A stretch of 64,000 nt of DNA from Candidatus Eiseniibacteriota bacterium (lineage in GTDB: Bacteria; Eisenbacteria; RBG-16-71-46; CAVPCR01): NCBI GenBank assembly GCA_963702435.1, contig CAVPCR010000001.1:768001-832000 (forward strand), in the 5' to 3' direction. The notes beneath the pieces are model-generated. The model searched no databases and had not been told where the DNA came from. It saw only the letters and a program-made list of their open reading frames with translations. The position numbers and the translations under genes were made by a program. Shown in pieces: positions 1 to 9,607 of the stretch (position 1 is the first letter of the stretch; each line of letters begins with the position of its first letter).

Positions 1-603
1 GTGGCCGAAACCCACCGCCTCCACGGTCGACTGCGCGTGCGCCTCGAGCTCCGCGGCCCCCGGGAAGTCGGTCGCCATCCACAGCTCGGCGACGATGTAC
101 TGACTGGCCCCCCGTAGCGATGGATCGGTCAGCGGGCTTGCAATCGTGAGGATCACGAGCTCGGCCGGGGCCCCGCAGATCACGTCCTTCCGGCCCGGGT
201 GCTCGACCAGGACCTCGCTCTCCGCCGCGGCTCCTTCCCCGCCCGCGGCCCCGGGGGCAGCGGCGAAGGCCTTCTTGAGCTCGGCGAAGGTGGTCTCGCT
301 GTAGACCTGCTTCGCGGGATCGAGATACCAGATGAGACCGCGGTCGAGCCGCGTGATCGAGATGAGCCCGCTCGTCGCCGGGGTCTGCCCCGCGGTGGCC
401 CCCTCGGCCGTCATCTCCGAGCGTTCCCGCCCGCTCTTCACGTAGACCTTGTTCCGCGCCGCGGTCGGCTTCATGCCGCTCGGCCCCGAGGAGGTGATTC
501 GCTGCTCGTACACGACGTCGGCCTGCACGGCGGGGACCGCGAGGAGAAGCGCGACGAGGAGGAGCGAAGCCGCGGTCGCGACCGCCGGTGCGGGTGCTTT
601 CAT
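1..603 (-). CDS. Secreted hypothetical protein, DUF4412-like (3' end truncated by window edge)
   Basis: Manual translation from ATG 603 with upstream GGAG: MKAPAPAVATAASLLLVALLLAVPAVQA signal peptide, then ITRLDRGLIWYLDPAKQVYSE...ELWMATDFP, a DUF4412-like pattern; open to position 1. Confidence 0.65.
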   Translation of the reverse strand, partial: MKAPAPAVATAASLLLVALLLAVPAVQADVVYEQRITSSGPSGMKPTAARNKVYVKSGRERSEMTAEGATAGQTPATSGLISITRLDRGLIWYLDPAKQVYSETTFAELKKAFAAAPGAAGGEGAAAESEVLVEHPGRKDVICGAPAELVILTIASPLTDPSLRGASQYIVAELWMATDFPGAAELEAHAQSTVEAVGFGH

Positions 604-706
604 GACGTCTCCAGGACCCGGGTGCCACGGGCCGCGCCGCGGGCGGCCGCCGCCGGAGCTTAGCAGACCGGGGAGTCGGGCGCGGGGCAAGCCCCGGGCC
701 CCCACT

Positions 707-735
707 TTGACCTGCGGGCCGGCTCAGGCTATTCT
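707..735 (+). promoter_or_regulatory. sigma70-type promoter of photolyase
   Basis: TTGACC-17 nt-TATTCT ending 9 nt before the ATG at 745. Confidence 0.6.
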
Positions 736-744
736 CCGCACCCC

Positions 745-2238
745 ATGAACGGAGTGCCGCCGCTGCGCATCCAGGCCGTGAACGCGGCCCCCGTCCGGCC
801 CGGCGGCGAGTTCGTCCTCTACTGGATGATCGCGGCCCGCCGGCCGGAATGGAACTTCGGGCTCGAGCGCGCGGTCGAGTGGGCCGCCGAGCTCGGAAAG
901 CCGCTCCTCGTCCTCGAGGCGCTCCGGGCCGGCTATCCCTGGGCGAGCGACCGCCTCCACCGCTTCGCGCTCGACGGCATGGCCCGGAACGCCGCGGTCT
1001 TCGCCCGGCGCGCGGTGGCCTACCATCCCTACGTCGAGCCGGCGGCCGGCGCCGGCCGCGGGCTCCTCGCCGCGCTGGCCGCGCGAGCCGCCGTCGTCGT
1101 CACCGACGAGTTCCCCTGCTTCTTCCTGCCGCGCATGGTGGCGGCGGCGGGAGCCCAGCTCGCGGTGCGCCTCGAGCAGGTGGACTCGAACGGACTCCTC
1201 CCCCTCCGCGCCGCCGATCAGATCTTCCCGACCGCGTACGCATTTCGCCGCTTCCTGCAGAAGAACCTCCTCGCTCACCTGGGCGCGGCGCCACAGGCCG
1301 ATCCGCTCGCACGCCGGCCGCTGCCCCGCCTGGCGGCGCTGCCGGCCGCGATCGCGAAGCGCTGGCCGGCCGCGAGCCCCGACCTCCTCGGCGGCGGGGC
1401 CGCGGCGCTCGCCGCGCTGCCTATCGACCACACGGTCCCGCCGGTCGCGACACGCGGCGGGCAGGAGGCGGCGCGCCGCGCGCTCACCCGCTTCGTCAGG
1501 GAACGCCTTGCCGGCTACGCCGAGGGCCGTAACATCCCCGACCAGGAGTGGGCGAGCGGTCTCTCGCCGTACCTGCACTGGGGCCACATCGCGGCCCACG
1601 AGGTGTTCGCCGCGATCGCCCGGCAGGAGGAGTGGGCACCGGACCGGGTGGCGCCCAGGGCGACCGGGAGCCGGAGCGGATGGTGGGGCATGAGCGAATC
1701 GGCCGAGGCGTTCCTCGATCAGGCGATCACCTGGCGGGAGCTCGGATTCAACATGACGGCGCGGCGAAGCGACTACGACCGCTTGAAGTCGCTTCCCGAC
1801 TGGGCGCGCGCGACCCTGACCCGACATGCGCGCGATCCGAGGCCGCACCTCTACACCCGCGCCGAACTCGCAGCGGCCGCCACTCACGATCCGCTGTGGA
1901 ACGCGGCTCAGCGCGAGCTCCTCGCGACCGGCCGCATCCACAACTACCTGCGCATGCTGTGGGGGAAGAAGATCCTCGAATGGTCCAGGTCGCCCGCCGC
2001 GGCGCTCGCCACGATGATCGAGCTCAACGACCGGTACGCCGTGGACGGCCGCGACCCGAACTCCTACACCGGGATCTGCTGGGTCCTCGGCCGCTACGAC
2101 CGGCCGTGGGGGCCCGAGCGGGCGATCTTCGGCACCGTGCGCTACATGACCTCCGAGAACACGGCGCGGAAGCTCGCGGTCAAGAAGTACCTCGCCCGCT
2201 ACGGCGCCGGGCCCGGCCCCGCACCCGCCCGCGCATGA
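745..2238 (+). CDS. phr: Class II CPD deoxyribodipyrimidine photolyase
   Basis: VLYWM, SGLSPYLHWG, THDPLWNAAQ, IHNYLRMLWGKK and DGRDPNSY motifs. Confidence 0.92.
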   Translation: MNGVPPLRIQAVNAAPVRPGGEFVLYWMIAARRPEWNFGLERAVEWAAELGKPLLVLEALRAGYPWASDRLHRFALDGMARNAAVFARRAVAYHPYVEPAAGAGRGLLAALAARAAVVVTDEFPCFFLPRMVAAAGAQLAVRLEQVDSNGLLPLRAADQIFPTAYAFRRFLQKNLLAHLGAAPQADPLARRPLPRLAALPAAIAKRWPAASPDLLGGGAAALAALPIDHTVPPVATRGGQEAARRALTRFVRERLAGYAEGRNIPDQEWASGLSPYLHWGHIAAHEVFAAIARQEEWAPDRVAPRATGSRSGWWGMSESAEAFLDQAITWRELGFNMTARRSDYDRLKSLPDWARATLTRHARDPRPHLYTRAELAAAATHDPLWNAAQRELLATGRIHNYLRMLWGKKILEWSRSPAAALATMIELNDRYAVDGRDPNSYTGICWVLGRYDRPWGPERAIFGTVRYMTSENTARKLAVKKYLARYGAGPGPAPARA

Positions 2239-2240
2239 GA

Positions 2241-2272
2241 CGGGCCGGGAACCGCCTTCGGCTCCCGGCCCG
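2241..2272. terminator. Hairpin between convergent genes
   Basis: CGGGCCGGGA...TCCCGGCCCG 10-bp stem directly after the photolyase stop; no U-tract. Confidence 0.45.
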
Positions 2273-2316
2273 CCGGCATCAGAGATCCGCCGTGTCTACA
2301 GCACCATCCCCCTTTC

Positions 2317-5300
2317 CTACTTGAGGATCACCAGTTTCTTCGACGAGGTGAACCCGGGCGCATCGATCTGGTAGAAGAAGACGCCCGAGCCCACGCGCTG
2401 GCCGGCATCGTTGGTGCCGTCCCAGACCACCTCGAACGGAGTCGTCTCCGGCGTCGCCACCTGGTCGACGAGGATGCGCACCACCCGCCCGCTCACGTCG
2501 AAGATACGGAGCGTCACGCGCCCCGGCTCGGCGATCGTGTAGCGGATGGCGGCGGCCGGGTTGGCCGGGTTGGGTTGCGCCTGGTAGAGCTCGTTCACGA
2601 AGCGCGGCGCCGAGTCCGCGTCGATGCCGATCTGGCTCGCATTGATCGGCATCCCCGCCCAGGTGAACAGGTCGATCACGAGCTCCGCGTTCTCGCCGTT
2701 GATCCGGTAGTGGTCGAACAGGCACTGATCCTGGCAATTGAGCGGGTAGAGCTCGGCGAGCGCGAAGCTCATCGCCGCCGACTTCTCGCAGGTGTGCAGC
2801 GGATTGGTCTTGCGGATCGCCGCCAGCCAGCTCGGTCGGGCCACGTCATCGGCGCAGCTCACCGGGTCCGGCCCGCCCTCGAATGACTCGACGAAGTGCG
2901 CCACCGCCTCGCCGCTCGAGACGGCGCCGAAGACGTCGATCGACAGGTCATCGGGGCAGCCCGAGCCGAAGACCTCGGCTGTATCGAAGCGATCGGCCGG
3001 GCGGCTCGAGGCGATGCGGGCGCAGCGGCGGAGATCGCTGTTCGCGAGCTGCTGCGCGTAGTCGCTCGCCAGGACGTCCACACCGCGGTTGGCAAGGAAG
3101 GCCGGGCCGTTGGTCGTGGCCACGTCGATCTGCGACGCCCAGCCGATGCCGTCGAGGACCAGGAGCCGGTTGGCACCGGCCGTGCAGCCGGCGATCCAGG
3201 TCTCGAGCTTTTGCTGATCGACCCCCGGCTGCCCGCCGAAGAGCGAGAGGGTCCGCCGGTCGCTCAGCATGACGTCGGAGTCGAGGAGGCCGCCCGAGTA
3301 CCAGATGATCTCGTAGTTGTTGAGCATCAGATCGGTCGCGCCGTTCAGGGGCGGGCGCGGCTGCTGCGTCGAGCGGTCCTCCCGCCTGCCGATCCCGTCA
3401 TAGCAGGCGTTCCAGTTGGTGCCCATGACGTCGTAGGTGTCGAACTCGAGGCCGAGGCTCCCGAGCATCGTCCGGAGCCGCGACCGCGCCGTCGTGCCCC
3501 GGCCGGGCACCGCGTTGGTCTGGAAATCGTGGATGAGGAGCATGTTGTTGGCGTACGTGCCGTCGCACGCCGGGGCCAGGCTCGGCAGGTTGTTGATCTG
3601 GAGCCACAGCTCCTTATAGTTCGCCGTGGTCCTGATCGGTTGCTTCTGCCGGCCGAACGGGAAGGTGCCGACGACCTGGTTGCTCGACGTGCTCCGCGCC
3701 TCGAAGAAGTAGTACACGTTGGTGCCGGCCGTGAACAACCCGTCGGGCAGGATGTCGTCGCACGGCTCGACCGCCGGCGGCTGGCCCGTCCAGAACGTGT
3801 TGTTACGCGCGTCCGCCTCGTGGAAGCAGGTCATGTAGGTGCCGGGACCGGTCTCCCCGGTGCCGTGCGTGCGCGAGGTGTCCATCCGCGCCGCATGCCA
3901 GATGAGACCGCCGGGGAAGGTGCTCGGACCCGAGGCGGGGAAGGCGGCGAAGAACGGGTGATTCAGGTTGGGCTGGCACGGGCCGCGTTCGACCGCCCAG
4001 CGCAGGTACATGGCGAGGCCCGAGGCGCCGGTCTTGGCCACCGCGGTGTCGGACCGCACCCAGCGCAGCGGGTTCTCGACCCCGAGGTTCTGGGTCAGGC
4101 TGTGCGCCCCGTCGCTGCGCACCGTGGCGGTCGGCAGCGAGACGTTCGTGGTCGGGAAGTTGTCCGTGTAACGATCGATCGTGTCCGAGGTGATGGCGAT
4201 ACCAGCCGGATCGAACACGCCGAAGCGTACGTTATCGAAGAAAGGCGCTCCGTTGTCGTTGATGTCGCAGTTCGCGGTGCCGCGGCACTGCGACCAGACG
4301 CCGATGTGCAGGATTACCGAGTCGGCGTCGGCCGGCATGTTGTCCGACACGTCGTCCAGGAAGCCGGTGAGGCAAGCGGACCCCGCTCCCTGGTTGTAGA
4401 AGTCGGTGGTCGCTTCGTTGGTCTGCGACCAGTTGAACACGGTGCCGGCGCCGGGCTCCCCGGCCGACGGAGCGTACGGACAGTGATTCGCGTTGAAGGG
4501 CCAGTAGACCCAGGCGAATGCGGCGCCGGTCTCGAAGAGCGCGGCCCCGCCGTCGAAGTAGATGTCCGCGATGAAGATCCGTCCGGCATCGCCGTCGAGG
4601 TCGGGATTGCTCGAGCCGCCGATGGCGAAGGCCCGCGAGGTGGCGAAGCTCGACTGGAACGAGTCGTTCAGATCGCAGTCGTCACGGTCCGCGAAGAGCA
4701 GCACGCGGTTCTCGAGCCCGCACGCTTCGGGGCAGTCCACGATCGGCGGGCAGGAGAAGTTGGCGAGCGACTCGATGCGCCCGGCGGCCCGGTCGGGATC
4801 GGTGGTGATCTCGAAGTCGAAGCCCTCGAAAGCTCGAGGCTGCCAGCCGTTCATGCCGGTCTCGAAGTTATCGAGCCCCTGTGACACGTTGTTCCGCAGG
4901 AGCTCGACATCGTCGATCTGCCACGCCCAGAAGAAATCGCCCCCTTCCGAGTTGTCCGAGAACAGCGCATCCGCCGACAGGCGGAAGCGGACATGGAGCG
5001 TGCCCGCCGCGCTCGTGGGCCAGGTCAGGAGGTTCACGACCTCGAGCCCGCCGGCCGCCGTCGGCTTCGGGGTCGCGAAGTCGCCGTCGCTGTAGAATCC
5101 GTTCGGCAAGGTCAGATCGCCGACCTGTTCCCAGAACACGCCGTCGAAGGAGATCTCGACCCAGTTGGTGTCGAACCCCGCTTCGACCGCGTAGCGGTGG
5201 TAGAAGCGGAGGTCGTACACCGCGCCCTGATTGCCGGCCGGGATCGCGAAGGACTTCTGGACTCCCTGCGACCAGCCGTCGCCGTAACCCCGCGTCTGGC

Positions 5301-5826
5301 CCCAGCCGCAGTTCTCCGGGTTCAGGCGCAGGTTGGTGCCGATCCAGACCGACCAGCTCCCGCGGAGCGGGTCCGGGCCGTCGTTCTCACCGTCGTTCGC
5401 GTGCGTCGTGGCGCGGTGCGCGAAGCTCCCGCCGTCGAAGTTGAAGTCGTAGGTGCCGTCGGTCCGCCAGTGACCGGCCCCGGTCTGCGAAGGACCGCGG
5501 CGGGCCGTTCGATCCTCGAAGGTCCAGCCGTCCCGGTACTGATTGCCGACCGGATCGCCGTCGGCGAATGTCTGCGCGGGCTCGCCGGAGCTGGCCTCCC
5601 AGGTCCAGGTTCCCCCGCGCACGATGGCGCCGCTGCCGGCACCGCCGCCGCCGAACCACACGGTGTCGGCATGCGAGGTGACCGGCCCGCCATCGACATC
5701 CGATTCGGCGATCGCGGCACGGTCGGTTTCGTCTGTGCCCGGTCTGGTCAGCTGCCGGTAAGCGAGTGCCGGCGCCGCTCCCAGGACGAGCGCCAGGACC
5801 AGGGTGAGCGAAAGCAAGGGCTTCAT
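2317..5826 (-). CDS. Large (1169 aa) secreted Cys-rich protein with a jelly-roll-like domain and C-terminal FlgD-Ig/T9SS-like tail
   Basis: GGAGGG RBS, signal MKPLLSLTLVLALVLGAAPALA; internal VEISFDG..W...LHVRFRL...WQIDDVEL; C-term PNPANP...FDVSGRVVRIL...WDGTNDAG...SGVFFY...KKLVILK. Confidence 0.8.
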   Translation of the reverse strand: MKPLLSLTLVLALVLGAAPALAYRQLTRPGTDETDRAAIAESDVDGGPVTSHADTVWFGGGGAGSGAIVRGGTWTWEASSGEPAQTFADGDPVGNQYRDGWTFEDRTARRGPSQTGAGHWRTDGTYDFNFDGGSFAHRATTHANDGENDGPDPLRGSWSVWIGTNLRLNPENCGWGQTRGYGDGWSQGVQKSFAIPAGNQGAVYDLRFYHRYAVEAGFDTNWVEISFDGVFWEQVGDLTLPNGFYSDGDFATPKPTAAGGLEVVNLLTWPTSAAGTLHVRFRLSADALFSDNSEGGDFFWAWQIDDVELLRNNVSQGLDNFETGMNGWQPRAFEGFDFEITTDPDRAAGRIESLANFSCPPIVDCPEACGLENRVLLFADRDDCDLNDSFQSSFATSRAFAIGGSSNPDLDGDAGRIFIADIYFDGGAALFETGAAFAWVYWPFNANHCPYAPSAGEPGAGTVFNWSQTNEATTDFYNQGAGSACLTGFLDDVSDNMPADADSVILHIGVWSQCRGTANCDINDNGAPFFDNVRFGVFDPAGIAITSDTIDRYTDNFPTTNVSLPTATVRSDGAHSLTQNLGVENPLRWVRSDTAVAKTGASGLAMYLRWAVERGPCQPNLNHPFFAAFPASGPSTFPGGLIWHAARMDTSRTHGTGETGPGTYMTCFHEADARNNTFWTGQPPAVEPCDDILPDGLFTAGTNVYYFFEARSTSSNQVVGTFPFGRQKQPIRTTANYKELWLQINNLPSLAPACDGTYANNMLLIHDFQTNAVPGRGTTARSRLRTMLGSLGLEFDTYDVMGTNWNACYDGIGRREDRSTQQPRPPLNGATDLMLNNYEIIWYSGGLLDSDVMLSDRRTLSLFGGQPGVDQQKLETWIAGCTAGANRLLVLDGIGWASQIDVATTNGPAFLANRGVDVLASDYAQQLANSDLRRCARIASSRPADRFDTAEVFGSGCPDDLSIDVFGAVSSGEAVAHFVESFEGGPDPVSCADDVARPSWLAAIRKTNPLHTCEKSAAMSFALAELYPLNCQDQCLFDHYRINGENAELVIDLFTWAGMPINASQIGIDADSAPRFVNELYQAQPNPANPAAAIRYTIAEPGRVTLRIFDVSGRVVRILVDQVATPETTPFEVVWDGTNDAGQRVGSGVFFYQIDAPGFTSSKKLVILK

Positions 5827-6171
5827 TGCCATACCCTCCACGCGCGCTGTTTTTCGGGCGGCAGGGATAGCCGCGCGATGCGAACGATGGCGCCCCGAGG
5901 CGCGGCGAGATCGGCGCCGGAGCGGGCGGAGGGAGTGGGGTGGAAGTCGCCCGGCACCGCACGAAAACGCAAACACCGGGTTGTGTGCAGGTTCTCGACG
6001 TCGCCGATGGTTCCGTGACCGCGCATCCGCGCGGTTCGCGGCGCTCATCGCGGCGCCGATCGCCACGCCGGTTCAGGCGTTCATCGTTTCACTACGGCTA
6101 TACGGAACGGGCGGCGGGCTTTGTTGCTTACTTTCCTCGCGCCGAATCAGCAGCCGACACGGCGCCGACTC

Positions 6172-6186
6172 GCAACAACATTGCCA
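6172..6186 (-). promoter_or_regulatory. Putative sigma54 (-24/-12) promoter
   Basis: Minus strand reads TGGCAA-TGTTG-TTGC (consensus TGGCAC-N5-TTGC), facing the 1169-aa gene. Confidence 0.55.
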
Positions 6187-6223
6187 TGGAGTAAAGGTCG
6201 TTGACAGAAACGGGCGGCGGCGA

Positions 6224-7936
6224 TCAGGGCAGGCGGATCACGCGCGCGCGCGACGGCACGCCGCTCGCCGGCGCGTCGAGACGAATCCAGTAGATGCCGG
6301 CCGGGACCATCCGGCCGCCGGGATCCCGGCCATCCCAGCGCAGGATGCCGCTCGCCGGGACGGCGAGGCGCGCGACGGTGCGGCCGGCCGCGTCGGAGAT
6401 GGAGAGACGCGATCCCGTCCCCATTGCCGCCGGAGCGCGCACCGTGATGCGCACGGCCTCGCCGGAGCGCGACGGATTGGGCCTGCAGAGGAGCGCGGGC
6501 GCCGGTGCGGGCGCGGGCGGCGGATCGCCGATGCCGATCGCTCCGCGCTCGCCGCGCGATGTGTAGATCTTCCAGCTCGCGAGGCCCGGCCGCGTATCCG
6601 ACCACGCGCCGTGCACGACCTCGCTCGTCACCGGTGCGAGCACCGTGTTCTGCGCCGCGCCGCCGCTCGGATCGTCGTCCATGCGGCAGGCATCCTCGGT
6701 CCAGGTGCGCCCGCCGTCCGACGACGCGCGGAAGTAGGCGTCCCAGGTGCCGTCGAGGAGATCGAAGCCGGCGAAGACCCGGCCGTCCCTGGTCGCCAGC
6801 GAGGAGTAGGTCCCGGTGCCGCCGGGCGCGGGCGGATCCACCTGGGCGCTGGCGTCCCAGCTCGCACCCTGATCGGTCGACACGCTGGTCCGGAAGTGAT
6901 TGCTCGCGAGATCGGCGTTCGAGAGCCAGCCGGCGGTGAGCGCGCCGCCGGCGAGCTGGACCAGCGCGTGTGAGGACACCTGCTGGTAATAGGGCTCGAT
7001 GTCGTTCACCCGGACTCCGTTCGACCAGGTGGCGCCGCCGTCGCTCGATCGGTAGAAGTAGACGTTCGGATAGCGGCCGCCGGGCACGTTCCCGCGCCAG
7101 TCGTTGGTCACGCAATGGAGGATCTCGGCCCCGGGCGGACCGGAGCCCGGATCGACGAGGAGGCAGGGATCCCCGGCCACCGGCTCGTAGCCGAGCCCGT
7201 CGCTCACGCGGCTCTCGGCTCCCCAGGTCGCCCCGCCGTCGGTCGTGCTCCGGGTGTAAACCTGGTGTCGCACGCCCTCGCGCCAGTCGGTCCATGCCAC
7301 GAAGTAGCGCGACTCGTCGAGGACAGCCAGGCTCGCGTTCATGAAATCGGCCGAGCTCGGCGGGCTGCCGGCCGTGTTGATCCGCACTTCCGGAGTCCAC
7401 GGCACGCCGCCCCCGGAGGGATCGCGCCGCGAGAGGTAGAGGTTGATCACGCCCGCGCGGTCGTCCTCCCACACGGCGACCGGAATACCTGCCGGTGTGA
7501 TCTCGAGATCCACGAATTTGCACGCGGTGCCCGTGGTCCGCGTGTCCACCTGCTCGGGGATCGCCCACGTGGCGCCGCCGTCGGTCGAGAACGTGCAGAA
7601 GATGTGATGCTCGCCGTCGAGATGATCGTCCATCCACGCGAGCGTGATCGTGCCGTCCGGCAGGACGGCGATGTCGGGCCACAGGTGCTGGCCCGCGATC
7701 TCGAAATGGGGCCGGCGGTTGATCGCGAAGAGCCAGTCGCACGTGTCGCCGGCGCCCGCGCCGGGTGCACCGGCCGGGACGGCGGGAGCGAGCGAGCGCT
7801 CGAACATCCAGGTCGCGGTCGGCGCGTCGAAGCGCGGCGCCGACGCGGCGGCGCCGGGCAGGACGGCGGCCGGGAGCAGGACGAGCGCAAGCGCGAGCGC
7901 ACAGGCCGGCGATGCAGCAGTGTCGTGTGGGATCAT
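6224..7936 (-). CDS. Secreted BNR/Asp-box (sialidase-like propeller) protein with FlgD-Ig/T9SS-like tail
   Basis: Repeated Asp-boxes (STDGGATW, TTDGGATW, SSDGGATW, STDQGASW, SSDGGRTW); hydrophobic signal peptide; C-term PNPS...WDGRD...AGIYWIRL; start at GGAG-preceded ATG 7936. Confidence 0.8.
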   Translation of the reverse strand: MIPHDTAASPACALALALVLLPAAVLPGAAASAPRFDAPTATWMFERSLAPAVPAGAPGAGAGDTCDWLFAINRRPHFEIAGQHLWPDIAVLPDGTITLAWMDDHLDGEHHIFCTFSTDGGATWAIPEQVDTRTTGTACKFVDLEITPAGIPVAVWEDDRAGVINLYLSRRDPSGGGVPWTPEVRINTAGSPPSSADFMNASLAVLDESRYFVAWTDWREGVRHQVYTRSTTDGGATWGAESRVSDGLGYEPVAGDPCLLVDPGSGPPGAEILHCVTNDWRGNVPGGRYPNVYFYRSSDGGATWSNGVRVNDIEPYYQQVSSHALVQLAGGALTAGWLSNADLASNHFRTSVSTDQGASWDASAQVDPPAPGGTGTYSSLATRDGRVFAGFDLLDGTWDAYFRASSDGGRTWTEDACRMDDDPSGGAAQNTVLAPVTSEVVHGAWSDTRPGLASWKIYTSRGERGAIGIGDPPPAPAPAPALLCRPNPSRSGEAVRITVRAPAAMGTGSRLSISDAAGRTVARLAVPASGILRWDGRDPGGRMVPAGIYWIRLDAPASGVPSRARVIRLP

Positions 7937-8143
7937 CGGGGGACTCCGCGATCGAGGGACCATGGCGGGTGCGGTGGTCGTGGCCGATCGACCGGCCCGG
8001 CCATCCGCTCCGGACTCCTTCCAGTATACCGCTTGTGCCGCTCCGCCCGCGGTAGCCACGAGCCCGGCGCGGACGGATCCGCGCCGATCCAGCGGTCCGT
8101 TGACAGGGTGGGCCGATTCGCCCAGGCTCGCCGCCCAGGTCCC

Positions 8144-8905
8144 ATGAACGACGACACCGCCATCCCGCCCACCCGGGCGATCTTCCACGAGGACTCCTAC
8201 CGGCGGGAGTTCGCGGCCACGGTCGTCGCTGCCGGCGCGGACGGCATCGCGCTCGACCGGACCGCCTTCTTTCCCGGGGGCGGCGGCCAGCCCGCCGACC
8301 GCGGCGAGCTCGCCTGGGACGGCGACCGCCATCCGGTGCACGAGATGGCGAAGCGCGGCGCCGCGATCTGGCACCGGCTCGCGCCCGGATCTCCCCTCCC
8401 CGCTCCCGGCACGCGCCTCACGGGCGCCCTCGACTGGGATCACCGCTACGCGCTCATGCGCACGCACACCGCGCTCCACATCCTGTGCGGCGTCATCTGG
8501 CGCGACTTCGGATCGCAGGTGACGGGCTCCAGCATGAAGCCGCTCGCCGCACGCATGGACTTCGAGCTCGAGGGCATGCCGAAGGATCTCGCCCAGGAGA
8601 TCGCGGTGCGCGTCAACGCCGAGATCGAGCTGGGACGCGAGATTCGCGTCTCCACGCTCCCGCGCGCCGAGGCGCTCGCGATCCCCGACCTCGTCCGCAC
8701 GAAAGTGAACCTGCTCCCGGCCGAGATCCAGGAGATCCGGATCGTCGACATCGTCGGCCTCGACTGCCAGGCCGACGGCGGCACCCACGTCGCCAGCACC
8801 CGGGAGGTGGGCCGGGTCCAGGTGGTGAAGCACGAGAGCAAGGGGCGGATCAACAAGCGCCTCTACATCGAGATCGTCCCGGCCGTCGCGGCCGCCTTTG
8901 CGTGA
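8144..8905 (+). CDS. alaX: Alanyl-tRNA editing protein AlaX
   Basis: LDRTAFFPGGGGQPADRG, MRTHTALH and QADGGTHV motifs. Confidence 0.9.
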   Translation: MNDDTAIPPTRAIFHEDSYRREFAATVVAAGADGIALDRTAFFPGGGGQPADRGELAWDGDRHPVHEMAKRGAAIWHRLAPGSPLPAPGTRLTGALDWDHRYALMRTHTALHILCGVIWRDFGSQVTGSSMKPLAARMDFELEGMPKDLAQEIAVRVNAEIELGREIRVSTLPRAEALAIPDLVRTKVNLLPAEIQEIRIVDIVGLDCQADGGTHVASTREVGRVQVVKHESKGRINKRLYIEIVPAVAAAFA

Positions 8906-8968
8906 TCTTGACGTGGCTTTGGGATCCTCTTCCGGCTTCTCCCCCGATCCAGTCCGTGCCAAGGAGAC

Positions 8969-9502
8969 ATGATGACGGGAAACGATCGCCGGCGCCCTGC
9001 CGGCGGGACCCTTGCGGTCCTCGTCGTGGTCGGCCTCCTTCTCCGCGCGCCGGCCGCCGGTGCGGCCGTCCCGCCGGCGGCGGGCGACATCTACCTCGCC
9101 GCCTTCGCCGGCGCGCAAGTCGCAGATGACGGGTCATCGACGATCGCCGGTCCGGCGGTGGGCACGGCGTTCGGTTATGCAGTCGCCAACAACGTGGTGA
9201 TCGAGCCCGAGGTGGTATTCGGCCATCTCTCGGACGATGTCGGAGTATTCCTGACCGCGACCGCGAACCTGCTCTACTATGTCGATGTCGGCTCGCGCGC
9301 GACGCCCTACTTCGGAGGCGGACTGGGCGTCAGCAACGCCGATGGCTCCGACTTCTTCATGCACGTCGGTGGTGGCGTCGACGTTGCGACTCTCGGGCAG
9401 TCCGCAACGCTGCGGCTCGATGTGCGCGTCGGATTCCTCACCATCGACCAGAGCAACACGACCATCCGGCCCGGCGTGTTCGTGGTTCTCCCGCTGCGCT
9501 AG
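8969..9502 (+). CDS. Small outer-membrane beta-barrel protein
   Basis: GGAG RBS, signal peptide, alternating beta strands (ANLLYY, TPYFGGGLG, HVGGGVDV, LRLDVRV). Confidence 0.7.
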   Translation: MMTGNDRRRPAGGTLAVLVVVGLLLRAPAAGAAVPPAAGDIYLAAFAGAQVADDGSSTIAGPAVGTAFGYAVANNVVIEPEVVFGHLSDDVGVFLTATANLLYYVDVGSRATPYFGGGLGVSNADGSDFFMHVGGGVDVATLGQSATLRLDVRVGFLTIDQSNTTIRPGVFVVLPLR

Positions 9503-9607
9503 CCGGCGCCGCCGCTGCTTGCCTGCTGCTTGCCGTTCGTCTAGTCTCGCGCTGTCACGGACGGTCCGTTCTCCTTCGGTCCCGGATCCAGCCAGGGAGC
9601 GCACCCT

